Part shown: positions 31,641-40,804 of the stretch, one piece after another
How positions within the stretch are numbered: the first letter of the stretch is position 1
Layout of the letters: each line of letters begins with the position of its first letter
Source: a virus
DNA: 64,000 nt
IMG/VR virus record: IMGVR_UViG_3300042295_000443
Coordinates: 1-64,000 of that record
Direction: 5' to 3' (one strand)
Program-made: the position numbers and the translations under genes
The notes under the pieces: generated by a model
The model's database searches: none
Told to the model about the DNA's origin: nothing
Seen by the model: only the letters and a program-made list of their open reading frames with translations

Positions 31641-32471
31641 TTATTTCTTTTTAATTGGGTTATCTTTTATATAATTTATAATAGCAAGAACTTCATCATA
31701 AAGATAAGGTACTGCCATTAATGTAATATCATTTACTATAGGATCTCCATTATCTAAATATTTAGTTATTGGATATCCAAACTCATCTTTACCTTCTTCT
31801 TCAAATGATATATGTTGTATAAACATTTTACCTGGAATAAGTTTAGGATTATGCTTTAATATAATGTACATATAAATACTTAATTGTAGAGCATAATGAT
31901 TAAAATTACAGTCATCTAATGAAGATATAGGAAAACTCATTTTATCTGATATACCTTCCCAATTTTTAAATGATTCTTTTTTAATTTCTTTATTAGTTTT
32001 ATAGTCTATAATGTTTACTTTATTATTTACTACTTCTACAAAATCTGATTGTCCACATATACCTGCAGACTTGAGAAATACCATATGTTCAGGATATATA
32101 CCTGAATCTAATTTTTGTGAAGGTGCTAATCTAATACCATTACTTTCTCCAGATGGAGGAAATATAGGAACTACTATTCCTTCTCTTTCCATAGATGCTA
32201 ATCCACATATGTCAGATTCTCTTTGATTATGATAAAAGGTACCTAATGTCATAGCTCTATCTGATTCAGCATTCCATATAGCTTCAATAGCAATAGGTTC
32301 AATTCCAAACCATTTAGATCTTTTACTTTTAGATACTTTAGCAGCTACTGCTTTAGAATCAAAAGGTTTTTTAAAATGAGATACTAGTGTAGTTACACTT
32401 ATCCAATTAATTTTATCAGAATTATCTATACTTTTATAAGTATGATCTGATGCTTGAAATACTATACTCAT
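31641..32471 (-). CDS. PD-(D/E)xK exonuclease
   Basis: SVTTLV, GTFYH, ICGQSD, IIDYKTNK and YALQLSIY motifs. Confidence 0.8.
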   Translation of the reverse strand: MSIVFQASDHTYKSIDNSDKINWISVTTLVSHFKKPFDSKAVAAKVSKSKRSKWFGIEPIAIEAIWNAESDRAMTLGTFYHNQRESDICGLASMEREGIVVPIFPPSGESNGIRLAPSQKLDSGIYPEHMVFLKSAGICGQSDFVEVVNNKVNIIDYKTNKEIKKESFKNWEGISDKMSFPISSLDDCNFNHYALQLSIYMYIILKHNPKLIPGKMFIQHISFEEEGKDEFGYPITKYLDNGDPIVNDITLMAVPYLYDEVLAIINYIKDNPIKKK

Positions 32472-32770
32472 AATTCATCTAGTTTATCTTCTTCTTCTTC
32501 TGTAAGAATAGCTTTCCATTTGGGACCATTAGGATGAGGACATTCTGATGATAAAGCTCTAGTCTTAAATGCTAATGAACAACCACATTCATTACAACAA
32601 GGAGCAGTACCTCTTACTGCACATTTTTTTCCTTTTAATTCACAACTGTCACATACTTCATGTCTAAGTTTTGCTACATCTTCTACAAATTCATCTCTAA
32701 GTACTGCATTCTTAATACCTTCCATGATTTGAGATTTATTCTTCCAGATTGTCTTTAGTATATTTGTCAT
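32468..32770 (-). CDS. Zn-binding small protein
   Basis: CDSC...CCNECGC...ECP...KW. Confidence 0.6.
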   Translation of the reverse strand: MTNILKTIWKNKSQIMEGIKNAVLRDEFVEDVAKLRHEVCDSCELKGKKCAVRGTAPCCNECGCSLAFKTRALSSECPHPNGPKWKAILTEEEEDKLDEL

Positions 32771-33125
32771 ATTTAGTTTGTTTAAATATTTCTTTTTTGT
32801 GTTCTATTTCAGTAAGTTTAATTTCTAAATTTATTAATGCATTTAATTTTGTTTCTGTATTCTTTTTATTAAAGTATTCAGCAAAAGTTTCAGTACTTTG
32901 TACTTCTAAAAATTTTTGATATTTAGGAATAGCTTTTCTAATTATAAAAGTTTTTGCTACAAAATGTCCTAAACCATCTACATTAATTCTAGGATGTAAA
33001 AGATCAGTTAGATTTTTTCTTATTTCTTTATAATAAAACTCAATAAAATCTTGAACTAAATCTTCTGTTAAATTTAATTCTTCTGAAACTTCTTTATATA
33101 ACTTGTTTGATTTTTTGGGATTCAT
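32736..33125 (-). CDS. HU/IHF-like DNA-binding protein
   Basis: LYKEVSEELNLTEDLVQDFI...RINVDGLGHF is the HU fold pattern. Confidence 0.6.
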   Translation of the reverse strand: MNPKKSNKLYKEVSEELNLTEDLVQDFIEFYYKEIRKNLTDLLHPRINVDGLGHFVAKTFIIRKAIPKYQKFLEVQSTETFAEYFNKKNTETKLNALINLEIKLTEIEHKKEIFKQTKYDKYTKDNLEE

Positions 33126-33481
33126 TTTCCTAAAAATTTATAGTCAAGTAATATATCTCCTTTTGTTTGTATTTTCATATCAGGATTAATTAATATGAGT
33201 TTTTTATTATTAGAATCTTTTATAATTAAGTTATGTTTCTCACATTTATTTATAGAATTTCTTACAGTCTGAGAAGACTTAAATATATTATGTTCTTCTG
33301 AAGCATCATAACAAAAGTGTGTTAATTCTATTGGTTCTATTAAACTTAATAAAGTCAAACACTCTATGTCAGAATTACTCACTGTTATTCTATTAAGATA
33401 ACAGTGAGTTAGTATCTGAAATTTAATAATATCTTGAATAGACATTACAACACGTTTTTGTACTTGGTTTACTAAAGCCAT
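33122..33481 (-). CDS. Winged-helix-like protein
   Basis: KSSQTVRNSINKCEKHNLIIK followed by a beta-hairpin. Confidence 0.45.
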   Translation of the reverse strand: MALVNQVQKRVVMSIQDIIKFQILTHCYLNRITVSNSDIECLTLLSLIEPIELTHFCYDASEEHNIFKSSQTVRNSINKCEKHNLIIKDSNNKKLILINPDMKIQTKGDILLDYKFLGK

Positions 33482-33483
33482 TA

Positions 33484-33759
33484 TTACTCATTTTTAGATT
33501 TATCTTGATCAGACTTAGTTTCCTTGTCTATATCAAAATCAGCACCTGCGGGTTGTTCTTTCTGAGATTGTAACATCATAGCATACTGCATTTGAATACT
33601 ACTTCTTTTAAATCTAGCTTCATCTATTTGTAGTAACAAAGTTTCATATTTAACTTGTGCCTCTAAATAAGGTAATGATTCTACATAAAAAGAAAGCATT
33701 TGTTCTTTTCTTTCAGCTAATTCTTCTTGAGTCAGCTCTTGTTCTTGTTGGTTTTCCAT
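33484..33759 (-). CDS. Hypothetical coiled-coil protein
   Basis: ORF track. Confidence 0.55.
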   Translation of the reverse strand: MENQQEQELTQEELAERKEQMLSFYVESLPYLEAQVKYETLLLQIDEARFKRSSIQMQYAMMLQSQKEQPAGADFDIDKETKSDQDKSKNE

Positions 33760-33781
33760 GATTATATATTTAAAGTTTAAA

Positions 33782-33794
33782 CAAATATACTAAA
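33782..33794 (-). promoter_or_regulatory. Promoter, TTTAGTATATTTG (contains Bacteroidota -7 element TAnnTTTG)
   Basis: Upstream of the ATG at 33759; hybrid of the late motif and the host sigma-A consensus. Confidence 0.55.
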
Positions 33795-33819
33795 TATGTT
33801 TAAATAAAAAATATTTAAA

Positions 33820-33854
33820 TAAAAAAATCCAGATAATTTAAGTTACCTGGATTT
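33820..33854 (-). terminator. Intrinsic terminator
   Basis: AAATCCAGGTAA...TTATCTGGATTTTTTT on the minus strand. Confidence 0.65.
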
Positions 33855-33881
33855 CTATGCTTAGAGAGATATAATTAAAAA

Positions 33882-34298
33882 TTATCCTTTAGTTCTTGGC
33901 TTTACCATTTTTTTTACATTTCTTATTACTGTTTTTGCATTAGCAATCTTAGCTGCAATCTTAGGATTATTTTTTAAAAATTTACCATTTCCTATTGGTC
34001 CACCCATTTGTTTTTTAACTGAACCTCCAGTTTGTTCTTTTTTTAACATTTTTTTAAGACCAAGTCCTGCACCAATAGCAGCACCAGCACCTAAAATAGC
34101 ACCTAATGCACGGCCACCACCACCACCTCCTCCAGAAGATGTTCTATATCTAGTTACTTTTCCACATCCACTTTTCTTTCTTCTCCTTCTTTTTTTACCA
34201 GAAGCATCCATATATTCTTCCATACAAGAATCATCCGTTGATCCTCCTACTTCATAACTTCTCATAGATCTAATGATCTGATTTTTGTCATCTATCAT
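33882..34298 (-). CDS. Basic Gly-rich protein with three GG motifs
   Basis: YEVGG, EQTGG, KQMGG; hydrophobic ALGAILGAGAAIGAGLG segment. Confidence 0.55.
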   Translation of the reverse strand: MIDDKNQIIRSMRSYEVGGSTDDSCMEEYMDASGKKRRRRKKSGCGKVTRYRTSSGGGGGGGRALGAILGAGAAIGAGLGLKKMLKKEQTGGSVKKQMGGPIGNGKFLKNNPKIAAKIANAKTVIRNVKKMVKPRTKG

Positions 34299-34300
34299 GA

Positions 34301-34459
34301 TTACCTGTTTTTAATTGTTAAATTTAATATTGTTAGCATATAAAAGTCTCTAGAGATATCTACTTCTAATGTAAAGAAGTCTATAATACCTACTCTAAGT
34401 CTTATAGCAAATTTATCCCATTGTTTTCTTGATGTGTTCCAGTTGTTTCTAAATTTCAT
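34301..34459 (-). CDS. Small hypothetical protein
   Basis: Likely start MKFRNNW at 34459, right after the amidase stop. Confidence 0.5.
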   Translation of the reverse strand: MKFRNNWNTSRKQWDKFAIRLRVGIIDFFTLEVDISRDFYMLTILNLTIKNR

Positions 34460-34461
34460 AA

Positions 34462-35109
34462 TTATAAGTTTTTTAACATTTGTATTACTCTTGGACAAGG
34501 ATACATATCTGACTTGTCTTTTCTTACAGAGTTGTGTGTAAAGATACCTTTATTTCCTTTTAGTGCATCTATATCTATATCCCATATAGATTCATTATAG
34601 TTTTTAGGTATATCATAAGTTTCACAAAGATATTCTACTAGTTGTCTTAATGATTCTATCTGAGCATCTGTATAGGTAAACCAATGCTTATGTCCTTTAT
34701 AAGGCTTTTCTAAGGTTGTCACATTAGAAGCATTAACTTCTCCTCCTACATAATTGTAGTACTTTCCATTTTTAAAAGACAGTGGTCCCCAGTTACATAC
34801 TTCAATACCTATACTTATAGGATCTAAAGATATATATGGAACCTTACTAGCTTTAAAAATACTTTCTTTTAATCCTAAATGATATGCCCAGTCTTTAGAA
34901 CTAAAACATTGTACTATTGTACCATTTGCTCCTATAATAAAAGCTGTAGCAACTCTCTCAGGTTTAGTATCAAAATATTTAGCTACAGATACTGCATCAG
35001 GTCCACCCGCTGTGTGATGTAAGTATATCTGCTTCTTTTCATGTTTAACTTCCATGAACTGACTAGGCTTTAACCTGTGTTGAACTATTTTAGTTATGTC
35101 CAATTTCAT
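34462..35109 (-). CDS. Endolysin, N-acetylmuramoyl-L-alanine amidase (Amidase_2)
   Basis: IYLHHTAG, WAYHLG, SIGIEVCNWG, FTHNSVRKDKSD. Confidence 0.85.
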   Translation of the reverse strand: MKLDITKIVQHRLKPSQFMEVKHEKKQIYLHHTAGGPDAVSVAKYFDTKPERVATAFIIGANGTIVQCFSSKDWAYHLGLKESIFKASKVPYISLDPISIGIEVCNWGPLSFKNGKYYNYVGGEVNASNVTTLEKPYKGHKHWFTYTDAQIESLRQLVEYLCETYDIPKNYNESIWDIDIDALKGNKGIFTHNSVRKDKSDMYPCPRVIQMLKNL

Positions 35110-35612
35110 AATACATCATCTTTGGTTTCTTTGTATGCACTTGTAACGGTTTTAACAGTCTTTCTTATTTTATTAAAACTATTTGAAACACTTGTAAGTA
35201 TGTTATTTTTTGATATATCAAACCAATTTTCATTTATTGAAGATACTTCCATAAGACAAAGTATTGCTAATAAAACATTAGTACATATTGCAGGTGTTAT
35301 AACTAAAGCCTGTAAATTAAAAACCTTTAACATTGCTGATATAAATGGTGTTAATGCATAATAATCAATTGGAAATATAACAAGTACCATTATAAAATAA
35401 CCAGCAGTTTTATATAAATAACCAAGTCTTAATATTTTAGATTTAAAAACATCTTTATATTTTCTTTTTGTTTCCTCAGCTATCTTTTTAAGTGATATTA
35501 ATTTAACAATAGTATCTATTAAAATTACAAACATTAAAATTAATACAAGCATTTGTATAGGAGCAAAGAAAGAAATCATAGCACTAAAAAAGAAAATTAT
35601 ATTTGTTTTCAT
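35106..35612 (-). CDS. Holin
   Basis: About 3 TM helices, EVSSINEN motif, adjacent to the endolysin. Confidence 0.7.
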   Translation of the reverse strand: MKTNIIFFFSAMISFFAPIQMLVLILMFVILIDTIVKLISLKKIAEETKRKYKDVFKSKILRLGYLYKTAGYFIMVLVIFPIDYYALTPFISAMLKVFNLQALVITPAICTNVLLAILCLMEVSSINENWFDISKNNILTSVSNSFNKIRKTVKTVTSAYKETKDDVL

Positions 35613-36106
35613 AACACTGGAATTTGTGCTTTTATTATTCTATACACTATATATAGGATTATTAATATTAACCATATACCACCTAACCAAGCTAAAAAAT
35701 TTATCCATCCAGGGATATATTTAATCTTTTGTGGTTTAAGTGTTTTGGTTACTACTTTGGTATGATATATATCATTACCCTTGATTGTTTTATAGATTGT
35801 TTCAACTTTGGCTTTTGTGTAGTACACATTGTTTTGAAGTTTGGTTTGCAAACTTATTAACTTACCATCCTTGTCTCTAAGGTCACCATTTAGTTTAGAT
35901 ATAACATTACCAAGAGAGTCACAATAAAGTGTGTCTAATAGCGTTATTGTTTCTCCAGGGATAGTTATAGTTGTGTCCTTAACTTGTATTACTGTTATAG
36001 TACTATCTTTCTGAACACATAAAGGGCAGTACTTAGCAAGTCTCTTTTCAAGAGAACAAGATGTAATAAATACTAAAAGTAAAGAAATTAAAAATAAGTT
36101 TTTCAT
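35609..36106 (-). CDS. Putative unimolecular spanin
   Basis: N-terminal lipoprotein signal (LLLVFITS-C) plus C-terminal TM helix, in the lysis cassette. Confidence 0.6.
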   Translation of the reverse strand: MKNLFLISLLLVFITSCSLEKRLAKYCPLCVQKDSTITVIQVKDTTITIPGETITLLDTLYCDSLGNVISKLNGDLRDKDGKLISLQTKLQNNVYYTKAKVETIYKTIKGNDIYHTKVVTKTLKPQKIKYIPGWINFLAWLGGIWLILIILYIVYRIIKAQIPVL

Positions 36107-36603
36107 TATCTAAATATTTTTGCTATACATTTAGCCCAAGTACAAACATCTACTGGACTTCCATTTTCAATACTAAATATAAAATATAAATCATTGCTCA
36201 TATCTATAAATGAATTTACTGCCTCTACGGCCGCAAGATCATCTTCATTTCCTACAGGTAATGGATTCATATAAAATAAACTAGTTCCCTTTATTATTAA
36301 TTCTCTATAAAATGATTCTAAATTATTTATACTATTTAAGTCAGAGGCTGTTGCAATTAATGTAGCACCTATTAAAGTTGGAGCATTATTGTGATACATT
36401 CTTAATAAAGAACTAGATGCAGGAATACCAACAGACTTATGAATTTTAGCTCTGATAGATATCATATCATCAGACAATAATGTATTTGCTGGTATTTGTA
36501 TAATAGCACTTTCAGTTTCTGTAATAGTGCCAGTTACAGGTATTCCCGTTGTAACAAAAACTTGTTGATTATTAATTCCACTTAATGTAATTAGTGTTCC
36601 CAT
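36106..36603 (-). CDS. Fibre-tip-like beta-sandwich protein
   Basis: Paralogous to the C-terminal domain of 38285..39271 (IQIPANTL...LIGATLIA vs ILIPGSTL...LVGATQIA). Confidence 0.5.
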   Translation of the reverse strand: MGTLITLSGINNQQVFVTTGIPVTGTITETESAIIQIPANTLLSDDMISIRAKIHKSVGIPASSSLLRMYHNNAPTLIGATLIATASDLNSINNLESFYRELIIKGTSLFYMNPLPVGNEDDLAAVEAVNSFIDMSNDLYFIFSIENGSPVDVCTWAKCIAKIFR

Positions 36604-36605
36604 CT

Positions 36606-36617
36606 TAATATACTAAT
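36606..36617 (-). promoter_or_regulatory. Late promoter motif ATTAGTATATTA
   Basis: 2 nt upstream of the ATG at 36603. Confidence 0.5.
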
Positions 36618-36618
36618 T

Positions 36619-37182
36619 TTAATACGTTTTGAATAATGTAAATAATTCAGAATAAATAGAATTTCCTGCATTATTAGTATTCCATTGAGCAGTAATTACA
36701 AGTGTATTAACTAATGTGGTATCAAAAGTTGTATTATTTATTATGCTAAAATTTACACCTTCAAAGTTAAGTCCTGAATTTTTAGTATATGAAAATAATC
36801 CTCCTGATGCTATAGAAGCTACTGTTGCTGCTCCTAATTGCCTTATAGTAAAATTAACATCTAATTTCCAATGTTTATTAGTAGCAGCACTCATTGCCAT
36901 TGCTCCTGTATCTGCTAGTAATATACCTGATGCAGTTTTAATTCTAACTTGTAAAGTAGCTGTACCTACACAAGATAAGTGACCTATTATTGACCCACTA
37001 AAACTATCTCCTACTTGAAATCCATTTGCAGGAATTGTAAGAGTTCCTAATCCTCCATCTAATAAACTACCCTCAACTGCAGTAGCTGTTACAGGAGTAC
37101 TAGAATTAGTCTGAGTATATAGTCTATTTATAAACCCTGAAGGATTTAAAGAGTACTTATCTATATTTATCTCAGTACTCAT
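36619..37182 (-). CDS. Structural/fibre beta-sandwich protein
   Basis: GTLTIPANGFQVGDSF; T/S/G-rich. Confidence 0.5.
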   Translation of the reverse strand: MSTEINIDKYSLNPSGFINRLYTQTNSSTPVTATAVEGSLLDGGLGTLTIPANGFQVGDSFSGSIIGHLSCVGTATLQVRIKTASGILLADTGAMAMSAATNKHWKLDVNFTIRQLGAATVASIASGGLFSYTKNSGLNFEGVNFSIINNTTFDTTLVNTLVITAQWNTNNAGNSIYSELFTLFKTY

Positions 37183-37185
37183 TAC

Positions 37186-37533
37186 TTAAAGTATATAAGT
37201 AATTAAGAATGTAGTTCCTGTTGCATCATAAGATATACCTACTATAGTATTATTTACTCCTGGATCAAAATTAATTGTTACTCCTGCTGGTAATGGAAGT
37301 CCATTTACAGTTCCTGCTGCAGCTCCTACATTTGCTATAGAAAATCCATATGTATCATCAGGTATTGAATTTGGAGTAGTTTCATATCCAACTACAGGTA
37401 TTCTTTGTTTTGGTGGACAACAAACTCCATGATTTAAAACATCAATAATACCTTGTAATCCTTGCAACATTTTTAATTGCCACGGGAAATTATTTCCTTT
37501 TTGACCGTCTGTTTTTAAATTTCCTACTGACAT
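37186..37533 (-). CDS. Small structural protein
   Basis: ORF track; beta-rich. Confidence 0.45.
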   Translation of the reverse strand: MSVGNLKTDGQKGNNFPWQLKMLQGLQGIIDVLNHGVCCPPKQRIPVVGYETTPNSIPDDTYGFSIANVGAAAGTVNGLPLPAGVTINFDPGVNNTIVGISYDATGTTFLITYIL

Positions 37534-37546
37534 AGTTTCTTATTTA

Positions 37547-38029
37547 TTATTGCGGATTAACAATTAAAAAATTAATGTTTAATGGTTGATCTAATGCTCC
37601 ACTTGCATCTGGGTTGCTAATAGTAATTCTAACTGATCCACCTAATGGATTTAGTTCTGAAAAAACAACTGGTGTACCAGCACCAAATGAAGGATAACCA
37701 ACACTTAAAAATAATATTGAATTAGCTTTTAAATTTGTATTATTAAGTGTAAATGTATCTGGTGTACCAGGTATAGTAGTTGCACCTACTGTAACAATAG
37801 TTCCTACATGTGTATTTAATGTTACAGCAGTATTAATAGAAGTCAATTGAGTTACAGTACCTGTATCATACAAAGATTGTAAAGGTGCTGCATTTACTGC
37901 AAGTGCTAACCAACCATCATCTCTACTTGGATCTTTAGCTCCAATTGCTAATAGATTTTGTGTATCAGTTGGTAAAGTTGTTCTGTAGTTTCCGGCTTTA
38001 ATCCAAGAAATAAAATTTAAAATATCCAT
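37547..38029 (-). CDS. Structural protein (head fibre-like)
   Basis: GTVTQLTSINTAVTLN...FTLNN motif seen in phage fibre proteins. Confidence 0.45.
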   Translation of the reverse strand: MDILNFISWIKAGNYRTTLPTDTQNLLAIGAKDPSRDDGWLALAVNAAPLQSLYDTGTVTQLTSINTAVTLNTHVGTIVTVGATTIPGTPDTFTLNNTNLKANSILFLSVGYPSFGAGTPVVFSELNPLGGSVRITISNPDASGALDQPLNINFLIVNPQ

Positions 38030-38057
38030 GATTGTTTTTTTTATAAGTTTATATGTA

Positions 38058-38070
38058 TAATATACTAAAA
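38058..38070 (-). promoter_or_regulatory. Late promoter motif TTTTAGTATATTA
   Basis: Upstream of the ATG at 38029. Confidence 0.55.
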
Positions 38071-38071
38071 A

Positions 38072-38275
38072 TTATTTAGATAACAAAACTATTATTAATT
38101 CATTTATAGTTTTATAACTAATATTGTTTACAGTAACAGTAATGTCTATAAAAATAGTTCCATTATTAGTTGATATGTGGGCTTGTGTTTCATGAAGTAT
38201 TTCAAATATACCATCTGTAATATATTCTAAATCACGCATTATAAACCCTCCCGGTATAGTTGTTAAATTAAGCAT
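38072..38275 (-). CDS. Small hypothetical protein
   Basis: ORF track. Confidence 0.5.
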   Translation of the reverse strand: MLNLTTIPGGFIMRDLEYITDGIFEILHETQAHISTNNGTIFIDITVTVNNISYKTINELIIVLLSK

Positions 38276-38284
38276 ATCTTCCCA

Positions 38285-39271
38285 TTAGTAAATCATTAAG
38301 TTAAGCCTTGTTATTGTACCATCATCTAATAAAGTTGAGCATTGTATAGCTGCTATAAGGTAGTATGCATTAGCCATTGTATAAGTTATGTTAGTCATAG
38401 GTGCTGAGGATAGATCTGTAGAAATACCATTAGTAGGTACGTAGCATTGAATGCTGTTATTAGTGATATAGATATCTCTAGCCACTCTTTGCATAAGACC
38501 CGAGCCTGTCATATTTGCACCTTGAGCTATTTGAGTAGCACCCACTAAACTATTGGTAGTGTTAATATAAAAACGTACATTGACTGTACCTGAGCCTCCT
38601 ATCTTTCTTACCTGTGCTCTTAGCTGTAGTACTTTAGTAGGTATTAGTGTACTACCAGGGATAAGGATAGATGCACTGATAGTGTTAACTGTTAAGTTAT
38701 TTACTAATATTCCTGTAGCATTGCCTACTGTAGTGTAAGGGCTTGAACCTGCAATAACAATGTCACCACTTCCTAGCAATGATGTAGAGTTAATAGTCTT
38801 TATGTTAGTGCCTGATACTAGTATTGGTTGATAAGTTAAAGCTGCTGTAGATGCAGTAAGATAAGGACCTAATGCAGAAGAAGTAATAAATCCAGAAGGA
38901 TTAGCCGCGTCATATGGAGTAAATCCAAGAGCACTAGTAACCATTGGTCCTGTTATACCTGAGATAAATGCATTAGGATTTGTAAGAGGATAATAAGTTA
39001 ATGCTGCAGTTGCTGCTGTTAAATAACCTGACAAAGCTGCATTTGTAATATATCCTGCTGGATTTAAGCTTAACGGATAATAATTTAGATCATAAGTAGG
39101 TAAACCATTGTTCCATAATACAGAAGGATTAGGATAAGTACCAGATAAGTCTCCACCCGCAGGTCCTGTAGGAGATCCTCCTCCACCTCCTGAAGTTTTA
39201 GGTTTTCCATCAGGTCCATATACTTCTATACGGGAACCATATACAGTACCATCTTTTTCAGTTACTTGCAT
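38285..39271 (-). CDS. Tail/head fibre protein
   Basis: GPAGGDLSGTYPNP, repeated (Y)P..NP.G(Y/F)IT..AL..YLT, and LVSGTNIKTINSTSLLGSGDI fibre motifs. Confidence 0.7.
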   Translation of the reverse strand: MQVTEKDGTVYGSRIEVYGPDGKPKTSGGGGGSPTGPAGGDLSGTYPNPSVLWNNGLPTYDLNYYPLSLNPAGYITNAALSGYLTAATAALTYYPLTNPNAFISGITGPMVTSALGFTPYDAANPSGFITSSALGPYLTASTAALTYQPILVSGTNIKTINSTSLLGSGDIVIAGSSPYTTVGNATGILVNNLTVNTISASILIPGSTLIPTKVLQLRAQVRKIGGSGTVNVRFYINTTNSLVGATQIAQGANMTGSGLMQRVARDIYITNNSIQCYVPTNGISTDLSSAPMTNITYTMANAYYLIAAIQCSTLLDDGTITRLNLMIY

Positions 39272-39569
39272 AATCTATACCGTATATATAATAAGTTGTA
39301 CCTAAAATATTAGAGTAGGCAGTTAATGTATCTCCTGCATTTAAAACATAAACTAATGTATCATTAATTGTATCACCTGCTGCTAAAGTTACTTCATATA
39401 AAACTATTGTAGAAGTAGTTAATGCATCATATTTTTCTAAAGTTAATATATAGGCTAAAGGATTATTAAAACTTAAAGTAATAACTTTTGTTAAAGGCAA
39501 AGCAGATGAACCTGTAGCTAATACAGTACCTGCTATACTTAAATCCCCTTGTAATGAAAATTCTGTCAT
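39258..39569 (-). CDS. Small structural protein
   Basis: VLNAGDTLTAYS...YYIYG beta-sandwich pattern. Confidence 0.45.
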   Translation of the reverse strand: MTEFSLQGDLSIAGTVLATGSSALPLTKVITLSFNNPLAYILTLEKYDALTTSTIVLYEVTLAAGDTINDTLVYVLNAGDTLTAYSNILGTTYYIYGIDYASN

Positions 39570-39573
39570 ACTA

Positions 39574-39587
39574 TAATATACAAAAAA
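39574..39587 (-). promoter_or_regulatory. Late promoter motif TTTTTTGTATATTA
   Basis: 4 nt upstream of the ATG at 39569. Confidence 0.55.
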
Positions 39588-39595
39588 TTTATCAT

Positions 39596-39626
39596 AAAAA
39601 AAAGCCCTGCTGTTACCTAGGGCTTC
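39596..39626 (-). terminator. Intrinsic terminator
   Basis: AAGCCCT...AGGGCTTTTTTTT on the minus strand. Confidence 0.65.
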
Positions 39627-39667
39627 TCATTAACTTAAAAGTATAACTAACCAAAGTGACTTCTAAG

Positions 39668-39859
39668 TCAAATCCATAATCCTATAAGAAAGGATAATAT
39701 TATTATTATAAACATACAATAGTTTGCAATTATATTCCCTGTACTATCATATTCAAAGTTTTTACTCATCTTATTAAAGATTGGTTTTGACATAGCATGT
39801 GCTATTAACCATAGCAATAATATAATTGCACAAAAAATTATAATAACAATTGTTTTCAT
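39668..39859 (-). CDS. Small two-TM membrane protein
   Basis: Two hydrophobic helices. Confidence 0.5.
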   Translation of the reverse strand: MKTIVIIIFCAIILLLWLIAHAMSKPIFNKMSKNFEYDSTGNIIANYCMFIIIILSFLIGLWI

Positions 39860-40233
39860 AATGTATCTATTCTTCTCTGTAAATATACTAAAGCTTTTTC
39901 TAAATCTTCTTTTTTGTTAAAACTTTTTTTACCAGCTCTTGCTAAATACTTTAGAACATTACCTAAATAAAAATCTTTATCTAGTTTCCATGCTTCTAAT
40001 ACACTAAATACTTCATAGGTTGAATCTTTTCCACCATAGTATTCCGGACGGGAATTAAAAGGAGGTATATTTTTTCTAAAGTCATGTACATCTTCTGCAA
40101 GAGTATTATACTTTAGATCCTTTACATTATAAGGAGTATAAGTTTTTATTCTCTCTTCAATGTCTTTTGGAGACAGTTCTTTACCTTTCATAGTATTAGA
40201 TGAGAAGTAATCATCATGTGAGATATTTACCAT
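39856..40233 (-). CDS. DUF3310-like protein
   Basis: RPEYY...FYLGNVLKYLARAGKK...EDLEKALVYL. Confidence 0.75.
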   Translation of the reverse strand: MVNISHDDYFSSNTMKGKELSPKDIEERIKTYTPYNVKDLKYNTLAEDVHDFRKNIPPFNSRPEYYGGKDSTYEVFSVLEAWKLDKDFYLGNVLKYLARAGKKSFNKKEDLEKALVYLQRRIDTL

Positions 40234-40514
40234 ATGATTGCTATATCCATTTCATTCAACATTAACTTGACACTCCCGTCAATGTCAACTTTTTCTGCAT
40301 GTTCTAATTGACTAACTGCAATATATACTACATCTCCTACTACAACATCTTCTACTTTATCTCCTACAGCATAAATAGTAAGTCTATTCCATTGCTTCAT
40401 TGCTTCATACATCAGTGCATCATCATCTTTAGTAGATAACTTAATTACTGATTCTTTCTTTACAGGTACTTCTATTAAGATTCTTCTTCCTCTTAATGTT
40501 TTAAATTGGCTCAT
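40227..40514 (-). CDS. GroES-like co-chaperonin
   Basis: FKTLRGRRILIE...IYAVGDKVEDVVVGDVVY...LNEMDIAII. Confidence 0.7.
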   Translation of the reverse strand: MSQFKTLRGRRILIEVPVKKESVIKLSTKDDDALMYEAMKQWNRLTIYAVGDKVEDVVVGDVVYIAVSQLEHAEKVDIDGSVKLMLNEMDIAIIW

Positions 40515-40518
40515 ACTT

Positions 40519-40773
40519 TTATTTTAGGGTTATTACTTTGTTTATAGACATTTGAGCATTAACTATTTGTCCTATTGCATGCTCAAATAAAATACTTCTA
40601 ACTGGATTTCCTCCAGCTAATATGTATTCTTCTCTTAATAAATTAGTTACTTCTGCCATAAGCTTCTTAACTTTATAATCTGATGTATCTTCTGATAAAT
40701 CAAAATCTATTTCCATTAAGGTTTCTCCAAAAGATACTATTTTAGTTTCTTTAAATGCTAGTTGTTCTTCCAT
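40519..40773 (-). CDS. Helical-hairpin protein, possible Acb2/Tad1-like
   Basis: C-terminal RSILFEHAIGQIVNAQMSINKVIT resembles the Acb2-type hairpin pattern; weak. Confidence 0.3.
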   Translation of the reverse strand: MEEQLAFKETKIVSFGETLMEIDFDLSEDTSDYKVKKLMAEVTNLLREEYILAGGNPVRSILFEHAIGQIVNAQMSINKVITLK

Positions 40774-40804
40774 GATTATACATTTGGTTTATGCAAATAT
40801 ATAA

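Noticed and set aside
31641-32471. Cas4 / CRISPR-associated nuclease
   Set aside because: Lacks the four-Cys Fe-S pattern; an ordinary phage PD-(D/E)xK nuclease near terL.
657-36982. Plus-strand ORFs antisense to late genes (for example 657..869, 1442..1657, 6770..6961, 20325..20720, 36716..36982)
   Set aside because: Shadow frames of longer minus-strand genes with recognisable motifs.
36106-39271. Diversity-generating retroelement acting on fibre tips
   Set aside because: No reverse transcriptase and no near-identical template/variable repeat pair differing only at adenines in this window.
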